Shown here piece by piece: positions 38,773 to 49,069 of a DNA stretch of 64,000 nucleotides. Below the pieces are notes generated by a model, which was not told the DNA's origin, made no database searches, and saw only the letters and a list, made by a program, of their open reading frames with translations. The stretch is from NCBI GenBank assembly GCA_964437755.1, contig CAYTIA010000005.1, positions 802 to 64,801 on the forward strand, written 5' to 3'. Within the stretch, counting starts at the first letter, position 1; every line of letters begins with the position of its first letter. Origin of the DNA: an uncultured Pseudomonadales bacterium (GTDB lineage: Bacteria; Patescibacteriota; Microgenomatia; UBA1400; PJMF01). The position numbers and the translations under genes were made by a program.

Positions 38773-39394
38773 AAATAAATGTTTTATGGCAAGGCTTCCC
38801 AAATCAGTAATAAAATTAATTGAGCAGTTTGAAAGACTCCCTGGAATAGGTCCGAAATCTGCTCAAAGATTGGTTTTTTATCTTCTACACAATCCCGAAG
38901 AACAGATTAATGAGTTTGCAACTCGTTTACAGGCTATTAAAACTGAAACTACTCTTTGCTCGATTTGCCATCAGGTAACTGAACATGATCCTTGTGAGAT
39001 CTGTTCTGATCAAGCCCGTGACGAAACTCTTCTTTGTGTTGTAGAACAACCTTTGGATTTAATTGCCATCGATAACTCAAATAAATTTCGTGGGAAATAT
39101 CATGTTCTTCACGGATCAATTGATCCTCTAAACAATATTGGTCCAGAACAGATTTTTTTAAGAGATCTATTAGAGCGACTGAATGGTGTAAATGAGCTAA
39201 TTTTAGCAACTAATCCGACTATGGAAGGTGAGGCAACTGCTTTATTTATAAAAGAGTTAATTGAAAAGTCAGATAAGCATGAAGATTTAAAGATTACTCG
39301 TATTGGGCATGGATTGCCAATTGGTGCAGATATCGAATACGCCGATGGCATTACTTTAGCCAGAGCACTTGAGGGTAGGCGAGAGCTTGATTAA
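38762..39394 (+). CDS. recR: Recombination protein RecR
   Basis: HhH LPGIGPKSAQRL; C4 zinc finger CSICHQVTEHDPCEIC; Toprim domain. Confidence 0.9.
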   Translation: MVTENKCFMARLPKSVIKLIEQFERLPGIGPKSAQRLVFYLLHNPEEQINEFATRLQAIKTETTLCSICHQVTEHDPCEICSDQARDETLLCVVEQPLDLIAIDNSNKFRGKYHVLHGSIDPLNNIGPEQIFLRDLLERLNGVNELILATNPTMEGEATALFIKELIEKSDKHEDLKITRIGHGLPIGADIEYADGITLARALEGRRELD

Positions 39395-39490
39395 TAAATG
39401 ATATTGGCAGAAACAATCTTTTTCTTATTGTTTTTTGTTTCTTTTTTGATAAATTAATAGTAATGATACTTTTGTATCTAAGATATTATT

Positions 39491-39531
39491 ACCGACGAAA
39501 ACTTCATAACTAAGTAACGTCGGTTTTTTTA
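39491..39531 (+). terminator. Possible terminator after recR (7-bp stem, large loop, T7)
   Basis: accgacg ... cgtcggt followed by ttttttt; the loop is about 20 nt, so weak. Confidence 0.3.
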
Positions 39532-39578
39532 TAGGTTGAGAGTGATTATAAAAATTATTAAATAGACAAAGGAGCCTA

Positions 39579-39899
39579 ATGAAGATATCAGTCCAAGCAA
39601 AAGAGATGAGAGTAACCAAGGCAATCCATGAGTTTGTTAATGATAAAGTAGTAAGGACAATGGGCAAGTTTGGGAAAAGAGTTTTGGGAGTAAGAGTATA
39701 TCTCGAGAATATAACTCGAAAAAAAAGCGATCCTGACGCAGCTCAAGCAAAAGTTGAGATTGATTTACCAGGAAATAACATTGTTGTTCAGGAAAAATCA
39801 TTCGATCCTTATCAAGCAATAACCAAGGCAATTAAAACCGGAGCAAGAAAGCTAAGAAAAGAAAAAGAGAAAGGAAACAAGAAGAAGAGAAATAACTGA
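39579..39899 (+). CDS. hpf: Ribosome hibernation promoting factor (RaiA/HPF family)
   Basis: MKISVQAKEMRVTKAIHEFVNDKV...VYLENI...AKVEIDLPGNNIVVQEKSFDPYQAI. Preceded by SD AAAGGAG. Confidence 0.75.
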   Translation: MKISVQAKEMRVTKAIHEFVNDKVVRTMGKFGKRVLGVRVYLENITRKKSDPDAAQAKVEIDLPGNNIVVQEKSFDPYQAITKAIKTGARKLRKEKEKGNKKKRNN

Positions 39900-40016
39900 A
39901 TAAACTTCTGAATTAGAAATGGTTTTTTTCTATTTATGTTGCTAAGTTGCAAGTTCGGGAATCCATGACCTAATTTCTGTTATGATTAATTAATTGGTAT
40001 TTTTAATGAACTTTTT

Positions 40017-40454
40017 ATGACTCAAGATCCTACAGGTGACTTACAAAATATACCCCCAGCTCAACAGAATCCAAGCAACGGAGCTTCTGGAGCAAATCCG
40101 CTTGATCAACTGGAGGAGTTGATTAAGAGTGCTCAAAGTAGGGCAGGTCAGTCTTCAGACGGAGGAGAACAGCTATCACAAGGCGTTAATCCAGAAGAAG
40201 AGGCTCAACAATTAGCCGAAGAAGAAAAACAAAAGCTAGAGCAGATTGAACAGATGAAGTTACAAAAGGCCGAAGAAGAAAAAAAGTTAGTTCTTCAACA
40301 GCAACAGTTAATTCAGCAGAATGCAACAGAATCAGTGCAAGCAAAAAATCGGGCTATTGCTAAAGATGAGGAAGCGAAAGAAAGAGAGCCGATTGCAGAT
40401 AGTTTTTTAATTCGGCAGTTAGATCATATAAAAATAAAAAAACCAGTAGATTAA
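40017..40454 (+). CDS. Q/E-rich low-complexity hypothetical protein
   Basis: ORF only; coiled-coil-like EEKQKLEQIEQMKLQKAEEEKK. Confidence 0.3.
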   Translation: MTQDPTGDLQNIPPAQQNPSNGASGANPLDQLEELIKSAQSRAGQSSDGGEQLSQGVNPEEEAQQLAEEEKQKLEQIEQMKLQKAEEEKKLVLQQQQLIQQNATESVQAKNRAIAKDEEAKEREPIADSFLIRQLDHIKIKKPVD

Positions 40455-40472
40455 CGAATTATATTTTTCAAT

Positions 40473-41087
40473 ATGAAAGGACAGGGCGGAGTTACGAGAC
40501 AATCAGGAGGCATGAGATCAGCGATGGGATCGTTTGGGATGGATAGCGAAAGGATGGAGCAGCAGGCAATGCAAGGGGCGACTCAGCAGAAAGCTATTCA
40601 GCAACAGGCTGGTAATACGGGTACAAAACCCAATCCTCAACAAAATCAATCGCAAACTCAACCTGCTCCTCCTCGCGAAGTGGGTTCTTTTACAGATGAA
40701 CTAATTAAGCGACCTGTAAAAGATGTTGCAAAAGAAATTAGCAAATTTTTCGATTTAAATGATCTTCTTGGGATTAAGCGTGATGATACTCCAGAAGAAA
40801 AAGCTAGAAAAAACAAGACTCACCAGCGTTATCAACAACTAACAAAAGAAGAGCAACGAGTTGCTCAAGAAAAATATCAGAAATCTCTTCAGAAAAAACA
40901 ACAAGAAGAAAAAATCAAACAACAAAAGCAACAAGAAGAACAACAAGCTCAAGCTAGAACTCTTCCATCCGTGGGTAAGACAAGCAAGAGAGGTACTGCC
41001 TTAATGGGTGGTAGTCAGAAAAAACAAGCCGCGGCGAGACTTGAGGACAGCAGAAAGACGATTGGTAAATTAGCCAAGACAGGTTAA
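40473..41087 (+). CDS. Q-rich low-complexity hypothetical protein
   Basis: ORF only; QQ-rich and basic. Confidence 0.3.
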   Translation: MKGQGGVTRQSGGMRSAMGSFGMDSERMEQQAMQGATQQKAIQQQAGNTGTKPNPQQNQSQTQPAPPREVGSFTDELIKRPVKDVAKEISKFFDLNDLLGIKRDDTPEEKARKNKTHQRYQQLTKEEQRVAQEKYQKSLQKKQQEEKIKQQKQQEEQQAQARTLPSVGKTSKRGTALMGGSQKKQAAARLEDSRKTIGKLAKTG

Positions 41088-41117
41088 AATTACTCTCCAA
41101 ATAATCCAAAATAAACA

Positions 41118-42548
41118 ATGAAAATTTATAACACCCTTTCTCACCAAGTTGAGGAGTTTAAACCAATCAATCCTGCTGAAGTTAAGTTTTATGCTTGCGG
41201 TCCTACAGTATATGACTATGCCCATATCGGGCACTTACGCAAATACACCATGGATGATATTTTGCTAAAAGTTCTTGAAAAAGAAGGCTACAAAGTTAAG
41301 TTTGTACAGAATGTAACTGATGTTGGTCATTTAGCTTCAGACGCTGATACTGGTGAAGACAAACTTGAAAAGGGAGCAAAAAAATATAAGCAAGATGTTT
41401 GGGCAATTGCCCAAATGTTTGAGGATTACTTTTATTGCTCGATGGAGTTAATGGGTAATCGTAAACCAGATATTTCATGTAAAGCTACTGATCACATCGA
41501 TCAGATGCGAAAAATGGTCGAGACACTTGAAAAAAAAGGTTACACCTATATTATCGAGGATGATGGTGTTTACTATGATAGTAGTAAGTTTCCCGATTAT
41601 CCAAAGTTGGCAAATCTTAATCTTGAGGAGATGATGGAGGGGGCGAGAGTGGAAAAAGTTGAGGGAAAAAGAAATCCAACAGATTTTGCTCTTTGGAAAT
41701 TCGAGCGTCCTGGTGAAAACCGAGCTATGGTTTGGCCAAGCAAGTGGCATCCCCGCAGTTTTCCAGGCTGGCACATTGAGTGTTCAGCGATGAGCATGGA
41801 GTATTTGGGAGATCAGCTCGATATTCATACTGGTGGCATTGATCATATTCCGGTTCATCACACCAACGAGATAGCTCAGTCAGAAGCTAGTTCTGGCAAA
41901 AAACCATTTTCAAGATATTGGGTTCATCATAACTTCTTGGTAGTTGATGGTGAGAAGATGAGCAAATCAAAGGAAAACTTTTATACCATCGATGATGTTT
42001 TAAAAAAGGGTTTTGAGCCAATGGCTTTGCGATTGCTATTTTTGGGAGCTCATTACAAAAGTGAATTAAATTTTACTTGGCAAAGCTTGCAAGCGGCTCA
42101 AACTAGTTGGGAGAAGCTAAGGAGAATAGTTGGAGAACTGAAGTCAGATAAGGTAATTAAAAATGGAGATTTTTCAGAAAAAGCTCATCAATATCGAAAG
42201 CAATTTTTTGAGTTGGTTAACAACGATCTTAACACTCCAGAAGCTTTGGCTATATTTTGGCAAGTTACAAAAGATGAGGATCTTTCCTCAGAGCAAAAAT
42301 ATCAATTACTCCTCGACTTTGATCAAGTTTTTGGACTTGGATTATCTGAAATTAAAGCTCAAGAGGATAGAAAAACTTTGCAAAAAGAAAATTTACCAGT
42401 TGAGGTACAGCGGTTGCTGGATCAAAGAACAGAAGCCAGAAAAAATCATGATTACGATTTAGCAGATGAGCTTAGAGATCAACTCATAGCTCGCGGTTAT
42501 ACACTTATTGACAAAGAAAATGAGCAGTTAATTTTTTTAACGGAATAA
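41118..42548 (+). CDS. cysS: Cysteinyl-tRNA synthetase
   Basis: YACGPTVYDYAHIGHLR (HIGH), KMSKS, zinc-binding Cys; anticodon-binding C-terminal domain. Confidence 0.9.
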   Translation: MKIYNTLSHQVEEFKPINPAEVKFYACGPTVYDYAHIGHLRKYTMDDILLKVLEKEGYKVKFVQNVTDVGHLASDADTGEDKLEKGAKKYKQDVWAIAQMFEDYFYCSMELMGNRKPDISCKATDHIDQMRKMVETLEKKGYTYIIEDDGVYYDSSKFPDYPKLANLNLEEMMEGARVEKVEGKRNPTDFALWKFERPGENRAMVWPSKWHPRSFPGWHIECSAMSMEYLGDQLDIHTGGIDHIPVHHTNEIAQSEASSGKKPFSRYWVHHNFLVVDGEKMSKSKENFYTIDDVLKKGFEPMALRLLFLGAHYKSELNFTWQSLQAAQTSWEKLRRIVGELKSDKVIKNGDFSEKAHQYRKQFFELVNNDLNTPEALAIFWQVTKDEDLSSEQKYQLLLDFDQVFGLGLSEIKAQEDRKTLQKENLPVEVQRLLDQRTEARKNHDYDLADELRDQLIARGYTLIDKENEQLIFLTE

Positions 42549-42576
42549 CATATTTAATTACTTTTAATGTCAATTT

Positions 42577-43617
42577 ATGATAAATAATCATGCATCGCTA
42601 GAAGATAATAATTTTGAAGGGAAATCTTCATCAGACGACCAAAAGCTATTACAAGCAAAAATGAAACGTTCCTTGTTGATATTGACGGTTGTTATATTGG
42701 TGTTGATCCTGACTTCAATAATTGCATATTTCCTTGTGCAAAATCAACTATCACGCATGATTGACCAGAATAACTCCCTTTTCCCATCAACAGATCAATC
42801 AGTAGATTCTACATCCCAGGATCGGCAAGTTATTGACTTTTCTCAAGTGGAGATTGAACTGGACGGTTTTGAAGAAAAGTTAGGTATTTTTGCTCCAGAA
42901 AAATCTTTTGATCAATTCACCTGGCAAAATTTTACTGGTGAAGTTTCCAAAGACGGAAAACTTATTTATGAGCCAGTTATTCTTTCGGGGATAAGATACA
43001 CAATGCAGACAGCTAAAAATGCGGGCATTAATTCACAGAGTGATGTGATAGCGTTCTTGGAAGATCGTTATTTTTATCCAAGTGATGCGAATTGGGATGG
43101 AATAAATGTATTGGGTTTTCAAAAAGATAAAATTGTATGTTTATTTATCTCAGATGAGTATCAAGCCGAATCTTCGAGTTCAGGAAATATTACTGAGACT
43201 TTGTCTTGCGGACAACTTTTAGAGTTCAATCGAGTTGAGTTTAATACTGCTTCAGAATTAATTGATCACTTAAAACTTGTTTTTGGAAAGGTTGGTGGAG
43301 AGTTTAAGGATTTATCAGGCTTTTCTTATTATTCTCTTGCTGATGATCAAGAAAAAACTATTTCTGGAGACGGAATCACTATTGAAGGACAAAATGGGGT
43401 TGAGTTTGCCAACTATCTTCGAACGCAAGGGTATTTAAATCAATCTTGGGGTGCATTTGATGGTCCATTTAGTAGTGGGGTAGGGTGTAGTAATGGGAAA
43501 ATATCCTGTCAGGTGACTCAAATTTTTTCCACAAGCGGTGATCACGCTGGAGAAGTTCAGAGTTCAGGGGAAGTTGACCAAACATCCATTGTTTGTACTA
43601 ATGAGGTTGTGCGGTAA
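42577..43617 (+). CDS. Membrane-anchored hypothetical protein
   Basis: Single N-terminal TM (LLILTVVILVLILTSIIAYFLV); no motifs. Confidence 0.35.
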   Translation: MINNHASLEDNNFEGKSSSDDQKLLQAKMKRSLLILTVVILVLILTSIIAYFLVQNQLSRMIDQNNSLFPSTDQSVDSTSQDRQVIDFSQVEIELDGFEEKLGIFAPEKSFDQFTWQNFTGEVSKDGKLIYEPVILSGIRYTMQTAKNAGINSQSDVIAFLEDRYFYPSDANWDGINVLGFQKDKIVCLFISDEYQAESSSSGNITETLSCGQLLEFNRVEFNTASELIDHLKLVFGKVGGEFKDLSGFSYYSLADDQEKTISGDGITIEGQNGVEFANYLRTQGYLNQSWGAFDGPFSSGVGCSNGKISCQVTQIFSTSGDHAGEVQSSGEVDQTSIVCTNEVVR

Positions 43618-43670
43618 TTAAGAACATATATGAGATGGGAAAGTTTTTTAATCAGTTTTTTCTTTAGAAA

Positions 43671-44282
43671 ATGAATATTCACCTCAATTTTTCTAGATCC
43701 CAAGTCTCTAATAACACAAATGAAAATCTTAGACATTTATCTTCAGAAGATGGTGTGAATGGTGAATCTCTTTCAGCTTTTGATAAAGCACTTCAAGAAA
43801 AAAAATTATCTTCATATGAAAGAACTGTTTTGATTGTATTTGGATTGTCATTTTTGATTGCTGGGATTTTTCTATTTAGAGTAGCATATGTTGCTCAAAG
43901 TGAAAATCAAATGATCAACCACACTGTGTCGATATATGAGAGTTCTCAGATAAGCTTAGAACATGATGATGATTCATTGGTAGAAAAAAGAGTTGTCCAG
44001 GTTAAACCAGTGATTCAATATGGTTGGTCGGTTGTTTTTACTTATACTGGAGTTTATCTTCTCTCCGTGCTTTTAATGAAGCCATTCATTATTGCTTTTA
44101 TGTCAGGTTTGTGGGGAGTTTTACTAACTTCAGTTTTTATTTTTGGATATTGGGATCATCAGATGCCGGTTCAAATAAAAGTGATTTTAATAATATTTTT
44201 TTTAATCTCTCTTGGAATATGTGCTCTATCATTTTCTTTGGTGAAAAATATCAAACACGAAATTATTATTAATAAAAAATGA
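43671..44282 (+). CDS. Polytopic membrane hypothetical protein
   Basis: 4-5 hydrophobic helices. Confidence 0.35.
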   Translation: MNIHLNFSRSQVSNNTNENLRHLSSEDGVNGESLSAFDKALQEKKLSSYERTVLIVFGLSFLIAGIFLFRVAYVAQSENQMINHTVSIYESSQISLEHDDDSLVEKRVVQVKPVIQYGWSVVFTYTGVYLLSVLLMKPFIIAFMSGLWGVLLTSVFIFGYWDHQMPVQIKVILIIFFLISLGICALSFSLVKNIKHEIIINKK

Positions 44283-45211
44283 TAGATCACTTTCAGACAC
44301 AATTAGTTGAATTTCCAACTCCAGACAATCTTTTACTCCCAGGTTTGTTGTTTACTCCCTCCAAACAAACTAAAAAAGCGGCCATCTTTTTGCATGGTAA
44401 CGGTAGCTCATCGGTTTTTTATTCAGTGAAAAGAGCCAATGCATTAGCTAAATCTTTTTGTTCACAAGGCATGGCTTTGTTGCTTTTTAATAATCGAGGT
44501 GCTCACTACATTAAAAAGTTGACTAAAATTGATGAGGTAGGAGAGGAGATAGAGGATGTCTTGCTGGGTACAGCTCTTGAGATAATTAAGGATGTGGTGC
44601 ATGATATTGACGGGGCGGTGAATTACTTGCAAAAACATGGTTATCAACAGTTTTATTTGATTGGTCATTCGACTGGTGCAAACAAGATCTGTGTTTATAA
44701 TCACTATCAACCAGACAATGTTTTTGAAAAATATATCCTTTTGGGAGGAGGTGATGATACGGGCTTATTTTTTCATGAATGTAGTAATGTGAGTCAATTC
44801 AGGCAACTGCTTGAAAAAGCAAAAGATATGATTGATCAGCACAGGGGGCAAGAGCTGGTACCTCAAAACTTTTCAAACTCAATGATCTCTTACCAGTCAT
44901 TTTTTGACATTGCTAATCCTGATGGTGATTACAACTGTTTTCCTTTTAAAGAGTATCTAGAACAACTGCAGTTATCCTCAAAGTCGTTATTTAGATACTT
45001 TAGGGCTATTAAAAAGCCTTCGTTGGTTGTTTATGGAGAGAATGACCAGTATGCAGCAGAAAAATCAGGGCAAAAAGCCAATGAGGTTCTTTCGAGCTTA
45101 ACTAAAGATAAAAAAAATTTTGAATTTGAAATAATAACCCAAGCTGATCATAGCTTTCATGGATTTGAAAAAGAGTTGGGAGAGTTAATTGCTGATTGGT
45201 TAAAAGATTAG
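44279..45211 (+). CDS. Alpha/beta-hydrolase fold protein
   Basis: Nucleophile elbow LIGHSTGAN (GxSxG); HG oxyanion-like FLHGNGSS. Confidence 0.6.
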   Translation: MIDHFQTQLVEFPTPDNLLLPGLLFTPSKQTKKAAIFLHGNGSSSVFYSVKRANALAKSFCSQGMALLLFNNRGAHYIKKLTKIDEVGEEIEDVLLGTALEIIKDVVHDIDGAVNYLQKHGYQQFYLIGHSTGANKICVYNHYQPDNVFEKYILLGGGDDTGLFFHECSNVSQFRQLLEKAKDMIDQHRGQELVPQNFSNSMISYQSFFDIANPDGDYNCFPFKEYLEQLQLSSKSLFRYFRAIKKPSLVVYGENDQYAAEKSGQKANEVLSSLTKDKKNFEFEIITQADHSFHGFEKELGELIADWLKD

Positions 45212-45888
45212 AGATGTCCGCTCTGTTTTAATGAAAGATAGTTTTTACTCGAGACAATGACGTGATCTATCAGTTCAATTCCCATTAAGTTAGCCCCTTT
45301 TGCAATCTGTTTAGTGACCTCAATATCTTGTTGACTTGGCTGGCAGTTACCAGAGGGATGATTATGAACCAAGAAAAATCCTGAAGCTGGTATGGTAATT
45401 GCTGGCTCCAGTATTTGTCTAAATTCAAGAAAATTTTGATTTAATGATCCAATAGCTAATGTTTTTTTGTGAAGCAGCTGCTTGCTCCCATTAACATATA
45501 AAGCCAGGCATATCTCTTGTTTACAATCTTTAATGTCAAAAGTTTGGTAAAAAATTTTACTTGGATTATCAAGAGACACAAGTTCAGAATCATCTTTATA
45601 ACGTCTGGCTAACTCAAAAGCTGCCAGCAGAGTTGAGGCTTTTGAGATACCAATTCCTGTGTGCTGACAGACCTCTTTTTCGGTTAACTGAAGTAGTTGA
45701 GATAAGCTTGGTTTGTTAATTTTTTTTGCTAACTCCATTACCGAATGTTTTTTGCTGCCAGTATTTAAGAGAATTGCTAATAATTCAGTGATCGTAAGAT
45801 TCTTTGCACCAAACTCTCTCATCTTTTCTCTTGGCTTGTAGGTGTTTGCTAAATCCTTAAAACACTTTTTTGAGATATTTGTCATCAA
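45208..45888 (-). CDS. radC: RadC-like JAMM-domain protein (UPF0758)
   Basis: N-terminal HhH; JAMM motif LVHNHPSGNCQPSQQD. Confidence 0.8.
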   Translation of the reverse strand: MMTNISKKCFKDLANTYKPREKMREFGAKNLTITELLAILLNTGSKKHSVMELAKKINKPSLSQLLQLTEKEVCQHTGIGISKASTLLAAFELARRYKDDSELVSLDNPSKIFYQTFDIKDCKQEICLALYVNGSKQLLHKKTLAIGSLNQNFLEFRQILEPAITIPASGFFLVHNHPSGNCQPSQQDIEVTKQIAKGANLMGIELIDHVIVSSKNYLSLKQSGHL

Positions 45889-45928
45889 AAAAAATATAGA
45901 GGAGCTGGCTGAAAATGAGCTGAGTAAA

Positions 45929-47029
45929 CTAAGCTAGTTTTTGGAGAATTTCCATTAGTTTTGAGTAAAATCTCAAGTTGTGGATGGTGGCTAGTCTATA
46001 AGCAGTGCCGTCTTTAATCTTAAAAAGATGATGAAGATAAGCTCGTGAGTAGTTTTGGCAGGTAAAACAATCACAGTGATGACTAATAGGTTCAAGATCA
46101 TTCTTGTGAGCACCCCTATCAAGATAAACATACTGATACCAGCTTTTATCAGTATGAGGATCAATCTCATCAGGATTAGTAGCAAAGGCGTACAGTCTTT
46201 TATGACGAGCATCTCTGGTTGGTAGAACGCAATCAAAAAAATGATAGCCCATTTTTGTTAACCTGACGATATTCTCAGGTGAACCAACGCCGAGAGCAAA
46301 CTTTAAACTCTCGGTTGGCAAAACATCATTATTTTGCTCACACATCTCGTAATCAAATTGACCATCTTTTAAAAATGGCCAACCACCCAAACCATAAATA
46401 TCAAAATTAATATTAACCAGTTGTTGAGCACATTCTCTTCTCAAATCATAATAATTATGACCTTGTATAGGAGCAATTAATAATGGTCTTTTTACATCAG
46501 AAAAGCCATTTATCTTAACTTGTTTCTCGAATTCCACCTTACTTCGCTCGGCCCAAGCAATGGTTCTGATGACGCTTTGCTTGGCTCTGTTTGTATCAGC
46601 TTCGGGTGGAGTAAAGTCATCTAGGCAAACCATGATATCACTGCCAATAACGAACTGAATACGAATCGATTCCTCGGGTGTAAAAAGATATTTTTTTTGT
46701 TGATTTTTTCCCGAATAGAGAATTACTCCTTCATCAATAATTCTTCCTAACTCTGGATTCTTATTGATCAGGGAAAACAGCTGGAAACCACCTGAGTCTG
46801 AGGTGATCAACCCGTTCCAGTTCATTAATTTTTTAATTCCTCCAATTTTTTTTAGGAGTTCTAATCCCGGTTTTTCACGAAGGTGATAGGTATTAACCAC
46901 AAGTCCTTTTATGCCGGTCTCAACAACATCTTGTGAGGAAAGTGACCTAACAACCCCTAGTGTAGCATCGGGAGAGTAGAGAGGTAGCTTATAGTTTTTC
47001 AGTAAATTTTTTACTGCAGGAGAGATCAT
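45929..47029 (-). CDS. tgt: Queuine tRNA-ribosyltransferase
   Basis: TIM-barrel TGT with ITSDSGGFQ, catalytic Asp region, zinc site CDCFTCQNYSRAYLHH. Confidence 0.85.
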   Translation of the reverse strand: MISPAVKNLLKNYKLPLYSPDATLGVVRSLSSQDVVETGIKGLVVNTYHLREKPGLELLKKIGGIKKLMNWNGLITSDSGGFQLFSLINKNPELGRIIDEGVILYSGKNQQKKYLFTPEESIRIQFVIGSDIMVCLDDFTPPEADTNRAKQSVIRTIAWAERSKVEFEKQVKINGFSDVKRPLLIAPIQGHNYYDLRRECAQQLVNINFDIYGLGGWPFLKDGQFDYEMCEQNNDVLPTESLKFALGVGSPENIVRLTKMGYHFFDCVLPTRDARHKRLYAFATNPDEIDPHTDKSWYQYVYLDRGAHKNDLEPISHHCDCFTCQNYSRAYLHHLFKIKDGTAYRLATIHNLRFYSKLMEILQKLA

Positions 47030-47034
47030 GATGA

Positions 47035-47604
47035 TTAACCCTCAAGAAGCACAGAAAAAATTTGAGAAAACTCATTTATCTTAGCAACTATAGCTACTAT
47101 CAGCAGAATCACAGCGATAGTAATCATTAGTGTTGCTAGCCAACTATTCCATGAACTTTCTTTTTTAATTAGATAAGTACCAGATAGCATGTCATGCCAA
47201 GTTTGTTTATTTTTATCTTTAATCATCCATAAAAAACCTAGACAAAATGTGAAGTGGCTGACTTGTTTGGCCACAAATTCTCTGAAAAATGCCATCCAAA
47301 ATGATAAATGAGCTTCTTCTTCATCAACTACTTCAATTCCCCAAATTTGTTTACCAAGAGTAGCTCCAATATTTGATATAAACCAAGAATGGTAAAAGAA
47401 AGAAAATACTAAAGAAGGAATTGAGATTAAAAAGAAGTAGATGACAATTCTATAAACTAAGTCGGTTGGATCAACTGAGTTTAATAAATAATAGATTCCC
47501 AGTAAGGGCATTATGCCGAGGATCATTTGGTCACATACGACCGCTAACCATCTTTGCCAAAAAGTTGCATAATTTCTATCTAGTTGAGTGGGTTGGATTG
47601 ACAT
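47035..47604 (-). CDS. RDD-family-like membrane protein
   Basis: WQRWLAVVCDQMI pattern plus 3 TM helices. Confidence 0.4.
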   Translation of the reverse strand: MSIQPTQLDRNYATFWQRWLAVVCDQMILGIMPLLGIYYLLNSVDPTDLVYRIVIYFFLISIPSLVFSFFYHSWFISNIGATLGKQIWGIEVVDEEEAHLSFWMAFFREFVAKQVSHFTFCLGFLWMIKDKNKQTWHDMLSGTYLIKKESSWNSWLATLMITIAVILLIVAIVAKINEFSQIFSVLLEG

Positions 47605-47621
47605 AATAGTTTTATTTATCG

Positions 47622-48926
47622 CTAATTATCTATATTTTTAGATTTATTGTTTTCAACAAGGTATTGATATGCCCAATACCAATTTGCGTGCTTGATTGGA
47701 GTAGAAACTAGTTGTAAGGCCAAGAGAAGAATGCTGGTGAGTATGGTTGTAATGATGACTCCGAAAATTGCCACAGGTGTTAAACTCTCTAGAATAATTT
47801 GAATAATTTGTCCTGGATCAGAAGTGTTGCTCACAGTTTGCCAAATGTTCTTGATAAAAGAGTAGAGAAACGAACCAACTGGAACCAATGCGATTAAAGG
47901 TAATAGTAGCCCAAAAATTATAAAGTGAACAAAACCAAGACCAAACAGTTTTCCCGCCGTACCTTTGTTGCCAGCTAGTTCAAAGGCCTGATTATAACTT
48001 TCTTTGGCTGGTTGAAGATCTCTCAAAGCAATGGTCCAGTATCCAAGAATTTGGGCGACTGTGGTTCTAATCACTTTCTTCAATGAGAAGATAAACAGAG
48101 CTATTCCAAGACCAATAAACAATAGCCCATATATTTTTTTATCAAAAGTCAGGGCAATTCCAGAAATAAAAATACCAACACCTCCAAAAAATGCCATCAT
48201 CCACAGAAAGATTTTGAGGGTTGGAATAATTAACATCCACACCATTGGCTTGATTCTTTTTGAAGACTCTTTGGTAACGGTAGATAGTTTCCAGTTATTA
48301 TTGTCGATAGTTGCAGCCTGATGAGTGCCATACATCATGGCGACTCTGGCCCAGATTCCGACTAAATATGAAAACAAGATTAAAGCAATGCCAAGCAAAA
48401 CAATTTCTATCGGAAAAGATATCTTCATCCATGGAGAAAGACGCTTAACGCCGTTGGTAAATGCTTTGCCGATGTTGTTGAGGACAATCGATGATTTTGA
48501 ATAAAGGTTATTGATTACTTCTGGATCACTTTCAATTCCCATTTCTCTAAAAAGTTCAGTTGAGCTATTAAATTCATTAGTAAAATCTGTGTTTACAGTT
48601 GATATTAGTTCATCTTCAGTTAATGTCTCAAACTCTTCCTCTTGATCATCCAAGATGACTTCATTAATTTCTGAATCATTATCTTTGTCTGAAGAACTAG
48701 AAGAACCACCGCTATTAAAATTTGAACTTGAACTACTCGAGCCGGCCAAAACTAAAAAAACTACGCTTAAAAGTAACAGTTTTGGATTTCTTTTTAACAG
48801 CTGAATTGATTGTTTAAAAAAGTCGGTTATATTCCAGGATAATTTTTGGGAATTTGGAGTTTGGTTTTCTGTTGACATAAACGATAATAAATATCTACGA
48901 CTATATATATTATGAGTATAAAACAA
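47622..48926 (-). CDS. Polytopic membrane hypothetical protein with Ser-rich N-terminal region
   Basis: SSSSSSNFNSGGSSSSS tract; multiple TM helices. Confidence 0.35.
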   Translation of the reverse strand: MFYTHNIYSRRYLLSFMSTENQTPNSQKLSWNITDFFKQSIQLLKRNPKLLLLSVVFLVLAGSSSSSSNFNSGGSSSSSDKDNDSEINEVILDDQEEEFETLTEDELISTVNTDFTNEFNSSTELFREMGIESDPEVINNLYSKSSIVLNNIGKAFTNGVKRLSPWMKISFPIEIVLLGIALILFSYLVGIWARVAMMYGTHQAATIDNNNWKLSTVTKESSKRIKPMVWMLIIPTLKIFLWMMAFFGGVGIFISGIALTFDKKIYGLLFIGLGIALFIFSLKKVIRTTVAQILGYWTIALRDLQPAKESYNQAFELAGNKGTAGKLFGLGFVHFIIFGLLLPLIALVPVGSFLYSFIKNIWQTVSNTSDPGQIIQIILESLTPVAIFGVIITTILTSILLLALQLVSTPIKHANWYWAYQYLVENNKSKNIDN

Positions 48927-49069
48927 TTATTAATTAATATTTTCTAACCTGGAGTAATTATATCGAATATTGTTTGAGTAAACAATAAATTGTTTTTGAT
49001 TTAAATAAACTTTGATTTCTAATTAAGAATGTAGTAGAGTATGCACCGTTATCAAAGTTCAAAAAAAAC

